46,122 bases of DNA from the IMG/VR virus record IMGVR_UViG_3300010331_000005, one strand, 5' to 3'. Under the pieces are notes generated by a model. The model saw nothing but the letters and a program-made list of their open reading frames with translations. It had not been told where the DNA came from and searched no databases. The translations under genes were made by a program, and so were the position numbers. Of the stretch, positions 1 to 9,069 are shown piece by piece; positions within the stretch are counted from its first letter, which is position 1, and each line of letters opens with the position of its first letter. The stretch is from a virus.

Positions 1-123
1 GAACAATTATAAGGAAAAGGGGGGTAATTGAATAATGAGTTTATTTGAAACTGCTACAAGGGAAAAGGCAAAATTAAGATTAGCTTTAACAGGACCTTCA
101 GGAGCAGGTAAAACATTGTCAGC
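1..123. repeat. Terminal overlap, copy 1
   Basis: Bases 1-123 (gaacaattataaggaaaagggggg...aacattgtcagc) are identical to 46000-46122. Confidence 0.95.
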
Positions 124-910
124 TTTATATATAGCTTTTGGAATGACAGGAGATTGGAGCAAAGTAGCTCTCATAGACACGGAACATAAGCGAGGCAAGT
201 TCTATGTTAATCGATCAGATTTAAATACAGGTGTGTTTATGTACGCAGAACTGACACCACCATATTCAGCTGAAAGATACAAAGATTATGTTATAGAAGG
301 CTGTAAGGTTGTTGGGGCAGATGGGGTTGTAGTTGTAGACAGCTTCTCTCATGCGTGGAATAACGAAGGCGGTGTTCTTGACTACAAAGATACTATTGCA
401 GCAAAGTCAGGGAAAAATTCTTATACGGCATGGAATGAAGCTGGAAAGGTACAAAACAGCTTAGTAAATACGATTTTGGCAGTTGATTGTCACACAATTG
501 TCACTATGCGCAGCAAGATGGAATATGTTATGGAGGAAAATGAGAAAGGCAAACAGCAGCCTGTGAAGGTAGGACTTGCGCCGATCCAACGTGAAGATAC
601 TGAATATGAGTTTGATATCGTGTTAGATATAGCACGATCTCATATCGCAGTAGCCTCAAAGGATACTACTTTCCTTGATAAGTTTGGCGCAATAATAACT
701 CCGGAATTAGGTAGTCAATTAAAAGCATGGCTTGATGATGGAGTTGACCCAGAGCGATGCGCTGACTGTGATTTGGTTATTAATGCTGCATTTGGTAAAA
801 CTTCTGCGGAAATTATTGCAGGGACGATTAAAGCATATAGCAGACAGTTGTGTATTAGTTGCGCAAGTAATGCAAAAGAGGCGTTAAAAACTAAGGAGGA
901 AGGAAAGTAG
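35..910 (+). CDS. Sak4-like RecA-fold AAA ATPase (AAA_24 type) for recombination and annealing
   Basis: Walker A LTGPSGAGKT near the N-terminus and Walker B-like VVVVDSFSH. SD aaaagggggg lies upstream. C-terminal CxxC...CxxC pair. Synteny with DUF669, helicase and primase genes. Confidence 0.7.
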   Translation: MSLFETATREKAKLRLALTGPSGAGKTLSALYIAFGMTGDWSKVALIDTEHKRGKFYVNRSDLNTGVFMYAELTPPYSAERYKDYVIEGCKVVGADGVVVVDSFSHAWNNEGGVLDYKDTIAAKSGKNSYTAWNEAGKVQNSLVNTILAVDCHTIVTMRSKMEYVMEENEKGKQQPVKVGLAPIQREDTEYEFDIVLDIARSHIAVASKDTTFLDKFGAIITPELGSQLKAWLDDGVDPERCADCDLVINAAFGKTSAEIIAGTIKAYSRQLCISCASNAKEALKTKEEGK

Positions 911-1141
911 ATGAAAATTATTGTTGTAAAGCAAAATAAAATGTCTGAATTAAGAATGAAAATGGGATTTAGCATGAGAGTATTGGCTGTCAAGGCAAAA
1001 TTAAACCCAGTGACTATATGTAATATTGAAAATGCTAAAAGCAATGCTAATCCCAAAACCGCCAAAATAATATGTGAAGTTCTCTCTGTAGATTTTGACG
1101 ATTTATTTGAAATCAAAGATTCTCCTAAAGAGGTGTCGTGA
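911..1141 (+). CDS. XRE-family helix-turn-helix protein
   Basis: HTH-like MSELRMKMGFSMRVLAVKAKLNPVTICNIENAKSN. SD aaggaggaagg precedes the ATG, which abuts the previous stop. Confidence 0.65.
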   Translation: MKIIVVKQNKMSELRMKMGFSMRVLAVKAKLNPVTICNIENAKSNANPKTAKIICEVLSVDFDDLFEIKDSPKEVS

Positions 1142-1142
1142 G

Positions 1143-2456
1143 ATGAACCTAAGGGAATATCAGACGACACTAATAAATGAAGTTAGACAAGCTTACATCG
1201 ATGGATTCAAACGACCATGCGTTGTACTACCCTGTGGAGGTGGCAAGTCTATAGCGGTTGCTGATATGGCAAAAAGAACAACAGACAAAGGAAATCGAGT
1301 ATTGTTTATTGTCCACAGGAAGGAACTTTGCGACCAGATAGAGGAAACTTTTAGAGCATATGGCGTAGATATGAAACTCTGCAGAATCGGAATGGTACAG
1401 ACAATTACAAGACGCCTTAAAAAAATGAAGGATCCTCAGTTAATTATTACTGATGAAAATCATCATTGTTTGGCCCAAAGCTATAAACGCATTTATGAAT
1501 ATTATCCTAATGCAAAATGTGTAGGTGTAACAGCAACTCCATGTAGGTTAAACGGTGGGGGACTTGGAGATGTAAACGATAAACTGATAATCGGTGTAAG
1601 TGCAAAGTATTTAATACAAAATAATTTCCTTGCATCTTATGACTACTACGCTCCATCAGTTGCGGACCTCACTGGATTACATGTAAAGGTTGGCGAGTAT
1701 GTCACCAAAGAAATTGAGGAAAAACTTATTAAAAAATCTATCTTTGGTGATGTAATTGGATATTACAGGCAGCTGGCAGATGGTAAACAAGCAATATGTT
1801 ATTGCGCTTCAATATCACATAGTGAGCAGATGGCAGCTAATTTTAAGGAGGCAGGTATATCAGCAGCACACATCGATGGCAGCACATTGAAAGTTGAAAG
1901 ACACAGAATTATTAAAGAGTTTAAGTCTGGGATGATAAAAATACTCTGTAATGTCGACCTGATATCAGAAGGATTTGACGTACCGGATTGTGAAGCTGCC
2001 ATCCTACTCAGACCAACAAAGAGCCTGACGCTATACATTCAACAGAGTATGAGATGTATGAGGTACAAACCCGGTAAGAAAGCAGTAATTATTGACCATG
2101 TAGGAAACTATGCAAGGTTCGGACTACCGGATCAGGACCGAGAGTGGACACTGGAAGCTAAAAAGAAGGGAGCAAAGAAAGAAGAAAACGAGGTTAAGGT
2201 GCGGCAATGTCCTGAATGTTTCTATACTCATGAACCAGCTCCTATATGTCCTAAATGCGGATTCGAATACCCGATAGCGAGTAGGACGCTAGAAGAAATT
2301 AGAGAGGCAAAGTTAGAACTGATAAATGAAATAGTGCTAGATTTTGAAACAGCTGACGATTGTCACACGATGGGTGAGTTGGTGGCATTCGCTAAAAAGA
2401 AAGGTTACAAGCCAGGTTATGCGTTTATGCAAGCGAAACGAAGGGGGATTATATGA
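1143..2456 (+). CDS. SF2 DEAD/DEAH-box helicase with C-terminal zinc ribbon
   Basis: Motif I LPCGGGKS, motif II ITDENHH, motif III GVTATP. C-terminal CPECF...CPKCG. Start moved to MNLREYQ (ATG 1143) from the track start at 1095. Confidence 0.8.
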   Translation: MNLREYQTTLINEVRQAYIDGFKRPCVVLPCGGGKSIAVADMAKRTTDKGNRVLFIVHRKELCDQIEETFRAYGVDMKLCRIGMVQTITRRLKKMKDPQLIITDENHHCLAQSYKRIYEYYPNAKCVGVTATPCRLNGGGLGDVNDKLIIGVSAKYLIQNNFLASYDYYAPSVADLTGLHVKVGEYVTKEIEEKLIKKSIFGDVIGYYRQLADGKQAICYCASISHSEQMAANFKEAGISAAHIDGSTLKVERHRIIKEFKSGMIKILCNVDLISEGFDVPDCEAAILLRPTKSLTLYIQQSMRCMRYKPGKKAVIIDHVGNYARFGLPDQDREWTLEAKKKGAKKEENEVKVRQCPECFYTHEPAPICPKCGFEYPIASRTLEEIREAKLELINEIVLDFETADDCHTMGELVAFAKKKGYKPGYAFMQAKRRGII

Positions 2457-2767
2457 GTGAAACAGATATTCAGAACGAGATAAGGCTAGCCCTCTCCGCT
2501 CATGGTGTAGTTCTTCGGATGAATACGGGAGTCTTTAAAACAGAAGATGGCCGCACAATTAGATGCGGTATCAAAGGAACTTCAGACTTGTTATTTATCG
2601 GAAATGGATATATTGCATTCATCGAAGTAAAGACACCACTGGGCAGAGCTAGTCCAGATCAGATAAATTTCGTGAAACAGATCCAGAAGTTAGGACACAA
2701 AGCAGGATTCGCAAGAAGCGTGAAAGAGGCGCTAAATATTATACTAGGAGGTAATACAAATGTTTGA
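2453..2767 (+). CDS. VRR-NUC domain nuclease
   Basis: TSDLLFI...IAFIEVKTPLGRASPDQINFVKQIQKLGHKAGFARSVKEA fits the PD-(D/E)xK VRR-NUC pattern. ATGA overlap with the helicase stop. Confidence 0.7.
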   Translation: MSETDIQNEIRLALSAHGVVLRMNTGVFKTEDGRTIRCGIKGTSDLLFIGNGYIAFIEVKTPLGRASPDQINFVKQIQKLGHKAGFARSVKEALNIILGGNTNV

Positions 2768-3281
2768 GGTTAAACATGAAGAGGCAAGTTCAGGCGGCGG
2801 AGTAATGCCAGTAGGTGAGTATGAGGTAATAGTAAAATCAGCTTTAGAGGATGTTTTTAAAAGTGGAACTATATATATTAACGTCCCGCTTATTGTAAGA
2901 AATGACATCGAACAGCCATATAAAAACGCAATTATTTGGCATTCAATATGTCAAGTAAAAGAGCCTAAGGATGCAGATAAAGCTTGCGGTGGTTTTAGTT
3001 CATTTGGAATACAGTCTATAAGCAAAGCAGCCAATTTACAGAATGGTAAGAAATACGCGGGTCTGAATGAGTGGTGCGAGGATTTGAAAGGGAAATTAAT
3101 TCGTGTCACTGTTAAACATGAGGAATTCAACGGAGGCACGCAGGTTAAAGTTAAATATACCAATGAGACCAAATATCCAACTTGTAATCATGTTTACAAA
3201 ACAGCAGCGGCTAATTCCTCTGCTCCATCCGCCAAAGGACAAGCACCTAAACCAGGTAGTCTTGATGAACTTCCATTTTAA
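2760..3281 (+). CDS. DUF669-like phage protein (putative ssDNA-binding partner of Sak4)
   Basis: N-terminal GGGVMPVGEYEVIV motif, size, and position inside the Sak4/helicase/primase module. SD aggagg. Confidence 0.5.
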   Translation: MFEVKHEEASSGGGVMPVGEYEVIVKSALEDVFKSGTIYINVPLIVRNDIEQPYKNAIIWHSICQVKEPKDADKACGGFSSFGIQSISKAANLQNGKKYAGLNEWCEDLKGKLIRVTVKHEEFNGGTQVKVKYTNETKYPTCNHVYKTAAANSSAPSAKGQAPKPGSLDELPF

Positions 3282-3346
3282 CGGGCTAGTTTACAAATAT
3301 GATACAAAATATGCAATGTATGTTTTGCATAAAGGTGGAATAAATT

Positions 3347-5623
3347 ATGTTTCCTGAAGAATTATTAAAACTAAATCAGTGGGTATGTTGGAAATCACTT
3401 CCCGATGAATCTAGGCCAGGTAAAATAAAAAAAATGCCTATAAATCCTCATACGGGTGGACAGGCTCAAAGCAATAATAATAGCACATGGGCGGATTATA
3501 AAACCGCCTATGCTGCTTCAAAACAACATAATGGTATAGGTTTCATGTTTGCAAATGGGTATTTTGGAGTAGACATTGATGGAGCTGAGGAAGCTATTCA
3601 ATCGTATAGAAATAACGATGAGGATAATATTGTTTATGAGTTTATCCACACTCTTGGGAGCTATTCTGAGTATTCAGTAAGCGGCAATGGAATCCATATT
3701 ATATGCAAAGGTAAACTTCCTAAGAATGGCCGTAGAAAAAAGAATGTTGAGATGTATGAGAACGGTAGATTTTTCGTGATGACGGGTACCATGGCCAGTG
3801 AGTATTGCGATATTACAGATTGCACTGAAACAATAAAGCCGCTGCATGAAAAGTATATCGGCGGTGGATCAGAGCCTACTACAGGAATAGTTAAAAATTC
3901 TACACTTAATTTATCGCAAACTGAAATAGTAAGAATTGCGTCCGTGTCCAAACAAGGGAGAATGTTTTCTGATTTATACAATGGAAACTGGGAATTGTAT
4001 TTTACTTCTCAAAGTGAAGCTGATATGAGTTTTTGTAATATGTTAGCGTTTTGGTGTGGCAGAGATGAAACTTTAATGGACTCAATCTTCAGGAGCAGCG
4101 GATTGATGAGAGATAAGTGGGGGCGTAAACAATCAGGAAGCACTTACGGAATAATTACAGTTAGTAAAGCATCCAAAGACTGCAGAAGTATCTATGAGGG
4201 AAAAGAAGAATATCAAATTACAATTGGTAAATCTGCAAATACTGCAGAACCAGTAAAAGATAAACTTTATACTTTTGATGATACCGGTAACGCTGAGAGG
4301 ATGTGCGACACATTTGGTAAAAAGATTCGTTACAGCTATATCGATAAAGAATTTTTATACTACGATGGCCGCAAATGGTGTTCGGATTCAACTGGAGCAG
4401 TTAAGAGAATGGTTGATGAAGTTATCGAAACAATGAAACATCAACTCAATATTTATATTCGTGATGCTGAAGATGAAGAAGAAATGGAGAAAAACTTTCT
4501 TAAACATGTTAAGGCAAGCAGGAGCAATAAATCAAAAAAAGCAATGATTAGCGAAACCGAACACAGGATCCCAATACTACCTAATCAACTGGATAATCAC
4601 TCAAATATGCTCAACACTCCAAACGGAATTATTAATTTAGTTTCAGGGGAGCTCCTGGCACACGATAATGAACAGATGCTTACAAAAATAACTTACACAG
4701 AATATACAGATAAAATAGATCATCCTCTATGGACTAATTTTTTAGACACTGTTTTTAAAAATGATAAAGAATTAATAAGATACATTCAGAAAGCAGTGGG
4801 TTATTCTCTCTCGGGTGATACATCGGAACAATGCGCTTTCTTCTGTTATGGCGATGGTAGAAATGGTAAATCAACGTTTCTGGATACTATCTCAGATATC
4901 CTTGGGGATTATGCCATCAATATTCAACCAGATACTATAATGGTCAAGAGACAGAGCGGAGGCGCCAACAGTGATATAGCTAGGTTAAGAGGTGCAAGAT
5001 TTGTAACAAGTGTAGAGCCTGAAGAGGGAATGAGATTGAATGAGGGACTTATTAAACAGTTAACTGGAGGAGATAGGGTTACCGCTCGGAAACTATATGG
5101 TAATGAATTTGAATTCAAGCCTGAATTTAAGCTATGGATGGGTACAAATCACAAACCAATTATTCGAGGAACTGATACAGGAATATGGAGAAGGGTGCGA
5201 TTAATACCATTTACGGTCCAAATATCTGAAAGTAAAGCGGACAAGATGTTAAAGCATAAACTCAGGCAAGAGTACCCAGCAATATTAAATTGGGCAACAG
5301 AAGGGTGTTTGCTGTGGAGGAGAGAAGGATTAAAACCTCCAGTAGCAGTTGAAGATGCCATTAAAGAGTACAGATCAGAGATGGATGTTATCAGTAGCTT
5401 TTTAGGTGAGTGTACTTCAGATAGTGGGAGTGAAAAAGCAAGTGAAGTTTACCAGGCTTATAAGAAATGGGCAGTTGAAAATAGTGAATATTTAATGAGT
5501 TCGACTAAATTTGGGATTGAGATGACTAAAAGAGTTGAAAAGATTCGGTGTAATAACGCAATATACTATAGAAATATTTCATTAAATAAGAGTTTTAAAC
5601 ATTATGAAGTAGGATTTATCTAA
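3347..5623 (+). CDS. Bifunctional primase-polymerase (AEP) plus D5/P4-type SF3 helicase
   Basis: AEP motifs GVDIDG, SGNGIHI and VEMYENGRFFVMTG. Walker A YGDGRNGKST and downstream FVTSVEPEEG. Confidence 0.85.
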   Translation: MFPEELLKLNQWVCWKSLPDESRPGKIKKMPINPHTGGQAQSNNNSTWADYKTAYAASKQHNGIGFMFANGYFGVDIDGAEEAIQSYRNNDEDNIVYEFIHTLGSYSEYSVSGNGIHIICKGKLPKNGRRKKNVEMYENGRFFVMTGTMASEYCDITDCTETIKPLHEKYIGGGSEPTTGIVKNSTLNLSQTEIVRIASVSKQGRMFSDLYNGNWELYFTSQSEADMSFCNMLAFWCGRDETLMDSIFRSSGLMRDKWGRKQSGSTYGIITVSKASKDCRSIYEGKEEYQITIGKSANTAEPVKDKLYTFDDTGNAERMCDTFGKKIRYSYIDKEFLYYDGRKWCSDSTGAVKRMVDEVIETMKHQLNIYIRDAEDEEEMEKNFLKHVKASRSNKSKKAMISETEHRIPILPNQLDNHSNMLNTPNGIINLVSGELLAHDNEQMLTKITYTEYTDKIDHPLWTNFLDTVFKNDKELIRYIQKAVGYSLSGDTSEQCAFFCYGDGRNGKSTFLDTISDILGDYAINIQPDTIMVKRQSGGANSDIARLRGARFVTSVEPEEGMRLNEGLIKQLTGGDRVTARKLYGNEFEFKPEFKLWMGTNHKPIIRGTDTGIWRRVRLIPFTVQISESKADKMLKHKLRQEYPAILNWATEGCLLWRREGLKPPVAVEDAIKEYRSEMDVISSFLGECTSDSGSEKASEVYQAYKKWAVENSEYLMSSTKFGIEMTKRVEKIRCNNAIYYRNISLNKSFKHYEVGFI

Positions 5624-5630
5624 AAAATCG

Positions 5631-5735
5631 TGTAGGGTGTGTTGGGTTTTGGCTGAAAAGCACCTTCTTTACTATATATATATATTATTTTGTTTTGCTA
5701 CTTTACTTTACTATAAAACTCTACACAACCCTACA
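5631..5735. promoter_or_regulatory. Candidate replication origin: 13-bp inverted repeats flanking an AT-rich (TA)n core
   Basis: tgtagggtgtgtt (5631-5643) and acacaaccctaca (5723-5735) pair 12/13 and bracket tatatatatatattatttt. Lies just downstream of the primase-helicase. Confidence 0.4.
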
Positions 5736-5771
5736 TAAAAAAGTATAAATAATAAGAAAGGATACTAATAA

Positions 5772-6014
5772 ATGGATATTATTGTTAAAATGCAGGAGTT
5801 TAATACATTAATTGACAGAAAGAACAAAGGTGAGATATTTCTAAACGATCCTGAGATACCGAATGAAGAAAAAATTAAGCATATCGATACTTACTTGAAA
5901 TTACAAAATAACATCGTTGAGCTCCAAGCAGTTATAAATGATTTAGGATACCAGATAACAGCAACGGATTTATGGTTTGGGATTGGAAGAGTAAAGGAAG
6001 AACGATGTTGCTAA
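5772..6014 (+). CDS. Hypothetical protein
   Basis: ORF with SD aaaggat upstream; no recognisable motif. Confidence 0.6.
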   Translation: MDIIVKMQEFNTLIDRKNKGEIFLNDPEIPNEEKIKHIDTYLKLQNNIVELQAVINDLGYQITATDLWFGIGRVKEERCC

Positions 6015-6160
6015 AATGCTGTGGAAATTGTAAGTTTTTTAAAAATGAAAAAGTAAGCGGGTATGGAAATTGTGATCTTACAAAGAAGCAGAAAAACTTA
6101 GGCAGTATTTGTATGGTCTGGAGAAAACAGAAAATTGATGAAACAAGAGAAAATAAATAA
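6005..6160 (+). CDS. Small Cys-rich protein (CGNC...GYGNC type)
   Basis: MLLKCCGNCKFFKNEKVSGYGNCDL. SD aaaggaag is 4 nt before ATG 6005. The track ORF 5972 start was rejected. Confidence 0.6.
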   Translation: MLLKCCGNCKFFKNEKVSGYGNCDLTKKQKNLGSICMVWRKQKIDETRENK

Positions 6161-6180
6161 TTAGAGAGAGGTTTAAGTGT

Positions 6181-7182
6181 ATGAAAGAAGAATTTATTGT
6201 CAGGGTATTAGGTAAAGCGTCAGGAGTTATAACTATTGAACAGGCACGTGAAATGAGAGACATAATGAGAATGGAATTGATAGGGTTCGATTTGAATAGA
6301 TCCTGCACTGCGCTTGCTGTGAAAAGCAACGTATACGAAAAAATAGCAATGTTTTTACACACAAAAGACCTATTGGGTCTATCAAAGTCTACGCTTGGCG
6401 GCTACAAGAGAAATTTAATATCCTTCGCAACTTCTCTTAATAAAAACATAGAAGATGCTACAGAAGAAGATATTAATAAATTCCTTTACATCAAAAAACG
6501 TCAGATGAAAGCATCGTCTCTGAACACTGTTATGACTGCTATTAGGACATTTGTTTCATGGCTTGCTTACAAAGGTTATATTGCAAAAAACATCATGTTC
6601 GACATCAAACCTATCAAAACACCTAAACGTGTACGTAAATGTTTGACCAAATCAGAACTGGAGCAGGTAAGGTACGCAGGTCGTAACATCCGTGATGATT
6701 GCATGATCGAAATATTTTACAGCACCGGCTGCCGCCTATCCGAGATTCAGGCTCTTAGTATTTCAGATTTGGACCTTACGAATGGGGACACGATGGTTAT
6801 TGGTAAAGGCGACAAGGAACGCAGAGTGTATTTAACGCCTAAATCCGTGCTACTTATCAAGGAATACTTATTAACTCGAAAAGATAGGAATGATGCATTG
6901 TTCGTAGGTCAAAGGGATGTAGACAAAATAAAATATAAACGTAATAGATTAGGGCATAGAGCTATACAAAGAGTATTCAGTGCTGTGGGCAAATTAGCAG
7001 GACTAAATAGGAGTTTATTTCCTCACCTAATGAGGCATACCTTCGCCACACACAGGTTGCAAGCTGGAACTGATCTATATACCATATCAGAACTTATGGG
7101 ACATTCGGATGTATCATCAACTCAGATTTATGCAGTAAATACAGTTGAATCTGCAAGACTGGCCCATGGGAAAGCTAGTTAA
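6181..7182 (+). CDS. XerC/XerD-like tyrosine recombinase (second recombinase of the element)
   Basis: Catalytic set readable: R (GCRLSE), K (GKGDKER), HxxR (HLMRHT), H (GHSD), Y (TQIYA). N-terminal SAM-like core-binding region. Confidence 0.85.
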   Translation: MKEEFIVRVLGKASGVITIEQAREMRDIMRMELIGFDLNRSCTALAVKSNVYEKIAMFLHTKDLLGLSKSTLGGYKRNLISFATSLNKNIEDATEEDINKFLYIKKRQMKASSLNTVMTAIRTFVSWLAYKGYIAKNIMFDIKPIKTPKRVRKCLTKSELEQVRYAGRNIRDDCMIEIFYSTGCRLSEIQALSISDLDLTNGDTMVIGKGDKERRVYLTPKSVLLIKEYLLTRKDRNDALFVGQRDVDKIKYKRNRLGHRAIQRVFSAVGKLAGLNRSLFPHLMRHTFATHRLQAGTDLYTISELMGHSDVSSTQIYAVNTVESARLAHGKAS

Positions 7183-7201
7183 TTAAAAAGGAGGTTGTTT
7201 T

Positions 7202-7456
7202 ATGGATGAAAACTGGTGTGCTCTGTGTCTAGCAATAATCAAATCCTTTACTCCAGAGCAATCATTTGAAGTGCTTAATAGAAAGCCAGGTATAAAGCAG
7301 AAACATAATAAAAGTATTACCAAACTTGATGTTGAGCAGATGATCCGATACAGAAAGACTAAAACCTATAAAGAAATTGGAGAAATGTTTGGTTTAAAAG
7401 ATACCGCTGTTTATAAAAGGATCAAGGATTATAAGGCAAAGCGAGTAGTGGCATAG
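7202..7456 (+). CDS. Small HTH protein (sigma-70 region-4/LuxR-like)
   Basis: KTYKEIGEMFGLKDTAVYKRIKDYK helix-turn-helix. SD aaaaggagg. Confidence 0.55.
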   Translation: MDENWCALCLAIIKSFTPEQSFEVLNRKPGIKQKHNKSITKLDVEQMIRYRKTKTYKEIGEMFGLKDTAVYKRIKDYKAKRVVA

Positions 7457-7479
7457 TGATTATTTTAGGAGGAACATAT

Positions 7480-7629
7480 ATGAAATGCCCAATGAAGTAT
7501 ATAAAAAATGTAGGGACATTTGGAGAATGTGAAGAAGATGCCTGTGCTTGGTGGGATGTAAATAACAAATGTTGCTCATTAAATTGTAAGTCCACCACAA
7601 ACGTAGATGCTAAATTAGTAATGACGTAA
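7480..7629 (+). CDS. Small Cys-rich protein (49 aa), below the ORF-track cutoff
   Basis: MKCPMKYIKNVGTFGECEEDACAWWDVNNKCCSLNC. SD ttaggagg is 8 nt upstream of the ATG. Confidence 0.65.
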   Translation: MKCPMKYIKNVGTFGECEEDACAWWDVNNKCCSLNCKSTTNVDAKLVMT

Positions 7630-7671
7630 AGACGATAGGACACGCAATATAAACAATGCGAAGGAGAATAT

Positions 7672-8040
7672 ATGGTTAATAAAATTAAAACCCTTGCTGA
7701 TGATGTAAGAAATATTGCAAGAAAAGCAATGTGTTCACCTATTTGGAGTGATGAAGTTAATAAATTAGATATAGCAGCAGGAGTTATAGAAGGACAGCAA
7801 CAAGAAATAGAGAGACTTAATACAGCATTATTTTTTATTAATGAATCGTCATATTATAAAGATATGCACAGAATCGCTCTTGAAGCAATTATTGAAAAAG
7901 ATGAAGCAGAGGAAAATGATGTTGCTTGTAATGAATGTAGTTACTGCATTGATAATGATTGCGACAATTCTAAAAGTAAAAGATATGGAGAATGTGTTGA
8001 CGGAACAGTTAGGGAATGTGCTTTTTTTGAGGAACGATAA
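7672..8040 (+). CDS. Hypothetical coiled-coil protein with C-terminal Cys cluster
   Basis: EGQQQEIERLN coiled segment. C-terminal CNECSYCIDNDCD...GECVDGTVRECAFF. SD gaaggag. Confidence 0.65.
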   Translation: MVNKIKTLADDVRNIARKAMCSPIWSDEVNKLDIAAGVIEGQQQEIERLNTALFFINESSYYKDMHRIALEAIIEKDEAEENDVACNECSYCIDNDCDNSKSKRYGECVDGTVRECAFFEER

Positions 8041-8103
8041 TTCGCAATATAAGGAGAAGGTGAATCACAGTGTCTTGAAATCATAGATAAAGGAGCGAGG
8101 AAT

Positions 8104-8337
8104 TTGAGTAAATATTATAAATGCATTAAAGAATTAGACTTACCTAAATGTGATGGTGATGGATTTGATACAGGGAAAGTTATGAGAGTTAAATTAAAGT
8201 CTGTTTGGAACACACCAGAAGAAGGATACGATTGCAGAATTATTGGTGGAGAAGTTAGATTGGAAAGTGACAAATATGGCTGGATAGAAATTTCCAATGA
8301 ATCACTTAAAGAGTGTTTCTTAGATGAAGGAGCGTGA
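8104..8337 (+). CDS. Hypothetical protein (TTG start)
   Basis: SD aaaggagcgagg precedes the TTG. Confidence 0.55.
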   Translation: MSKYYKCIKELDLPKCDGDGFDTGKVMRVKLKSVWNTPEEGYDCRIIGGEVRLESDKYGWIEISNESLKECFLDEGA

Positions 8338-8343
8338 GGAATA

Positions 8344-8739
8344 GTGGCAAGATTAAATATTGATCAAATTAAAAACTTAGAAGCTGTTTTGAAACTTACT
8401 AGAGTTCCGGGAGCAGTAGTAATAAATCAAATAGATGCTGATGATATATTTGAGACACTCGAAGCCCAGCAGCAGGAGTTAGACTTAAATGATGCTGTTA
8501 TATCTAAATTACAAAAAGAAAAAGATAAACTTATTGATATGTGGGATAGAACAAGTAACGCGTTAACTCAAGAAGTAGCTGAAAATGAATCAATCCTAGA
8601 TATGTTGAAAAAGCTGGAATGGTGTGTAATAGCAAAGTGGGGAGTAGATCGCAGATGCCCTATATGTATGGGGTTGAAATCAGAGGAACACGATTCAGAT
8701 TGTGAACTTTCAGTTATGTTAAAGAGGTGTGAAACATGA
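8344..8739 (+). CDS. Hypothetical coiled-coil protein with C-terminal CxxC (GTG start)
   Basis: SD gaaggagcgtgagg, nearly the same context as the previous gene. LEAQQQELDLN resembles the 7672 protein. CPICMG...DSDC. Confidence 0.6.
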   Translation: MARLNIDQIKNLEAVLKLTRVPGAVVINQIDADDIFETLEAQQQELDLNDAVISKLQKEKDKLIDMWDRTSNALTQEVAENESILDMLKKLEWCVIAKWGVDRRCPICMGLKSEEHDSDCELSVMLKRCET

Positions 8740-8870
8740 ATTATTGTGGAAATTGTGTATATTTTGAACTCGATGAAGGTGACGAAGATGGTTACTGTTG
8801 GTGTAAAAAGTTGAGTATGCCATGCAAAGCAGGTGCAAAAGGCTGTATGTATTTTAAAAATAAGGAATGA
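8736..8870 (+). CDS. Small Cys-rich protein (44 aa; CGNC...GYC type), below the ORF-track cutoff
   Basis: MNYCGNCVYFELDEGDEDGYCWCKKLSMPCKAGAKGCMYF. ATGA overlap with the previous stop. Confidence 0.6.
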   Translation: MNYCGNCVYFELDEGDEDGYCWCKKLSMPCKAGAKGCMYFKNKE

Positions 8871-9069
8871 GGCGATAGAATTTTAAATTATTCAGCAGTT
8901 AACATCATAGCAATATCCATAGTTGTATTCTGCCTGATATGGTCCGGTAGGCTGATATATAAATATTCAAAGCGTTATGAGCAGGTGGAATTCTTCTATT
9001 CGATTTGGTTGTGCTTTATATCACTTGTTTTAACAATAATTATATTTTAATCAAAAGGGGGCATATAAA

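Noticed and set aside
715-1170. 151-aa minus-strand ORF overlapping the Sak4-like and HTH genes. Similar long antisense ORFs occur at 1799-2038, 3661-3981, 13064-13345, 16569-16937, 18971-19318, 31629-32105, 37462-37878 and 38539-38856.
   Set aside because: All lie fully inside well-supported genes on the other strand, lack SD sequences and have low-complexity Ser/Leu/Ile-rich translations. They are shadow ORFs.
3103-3357. Alternative-frame same-strand ORFs (3103-3357, 7841-8086, 18709-18903, 19440-19634, 27927-28145, 42576-42854, 43924-44109)
   Set aside because: They are embedded out of frame in longer genes with recognisable motifs, and have no independent SD.
8090-8346. Near-identical translation-initiation contexts (a[ag]ggagcg(t)gaggaat) before the TTG and GTG starts of 8104 and 8344
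   Set aside because: Most likely just similar SD regions of neighbouring small genes. The two proteins do not align, so a duplication is not supported.
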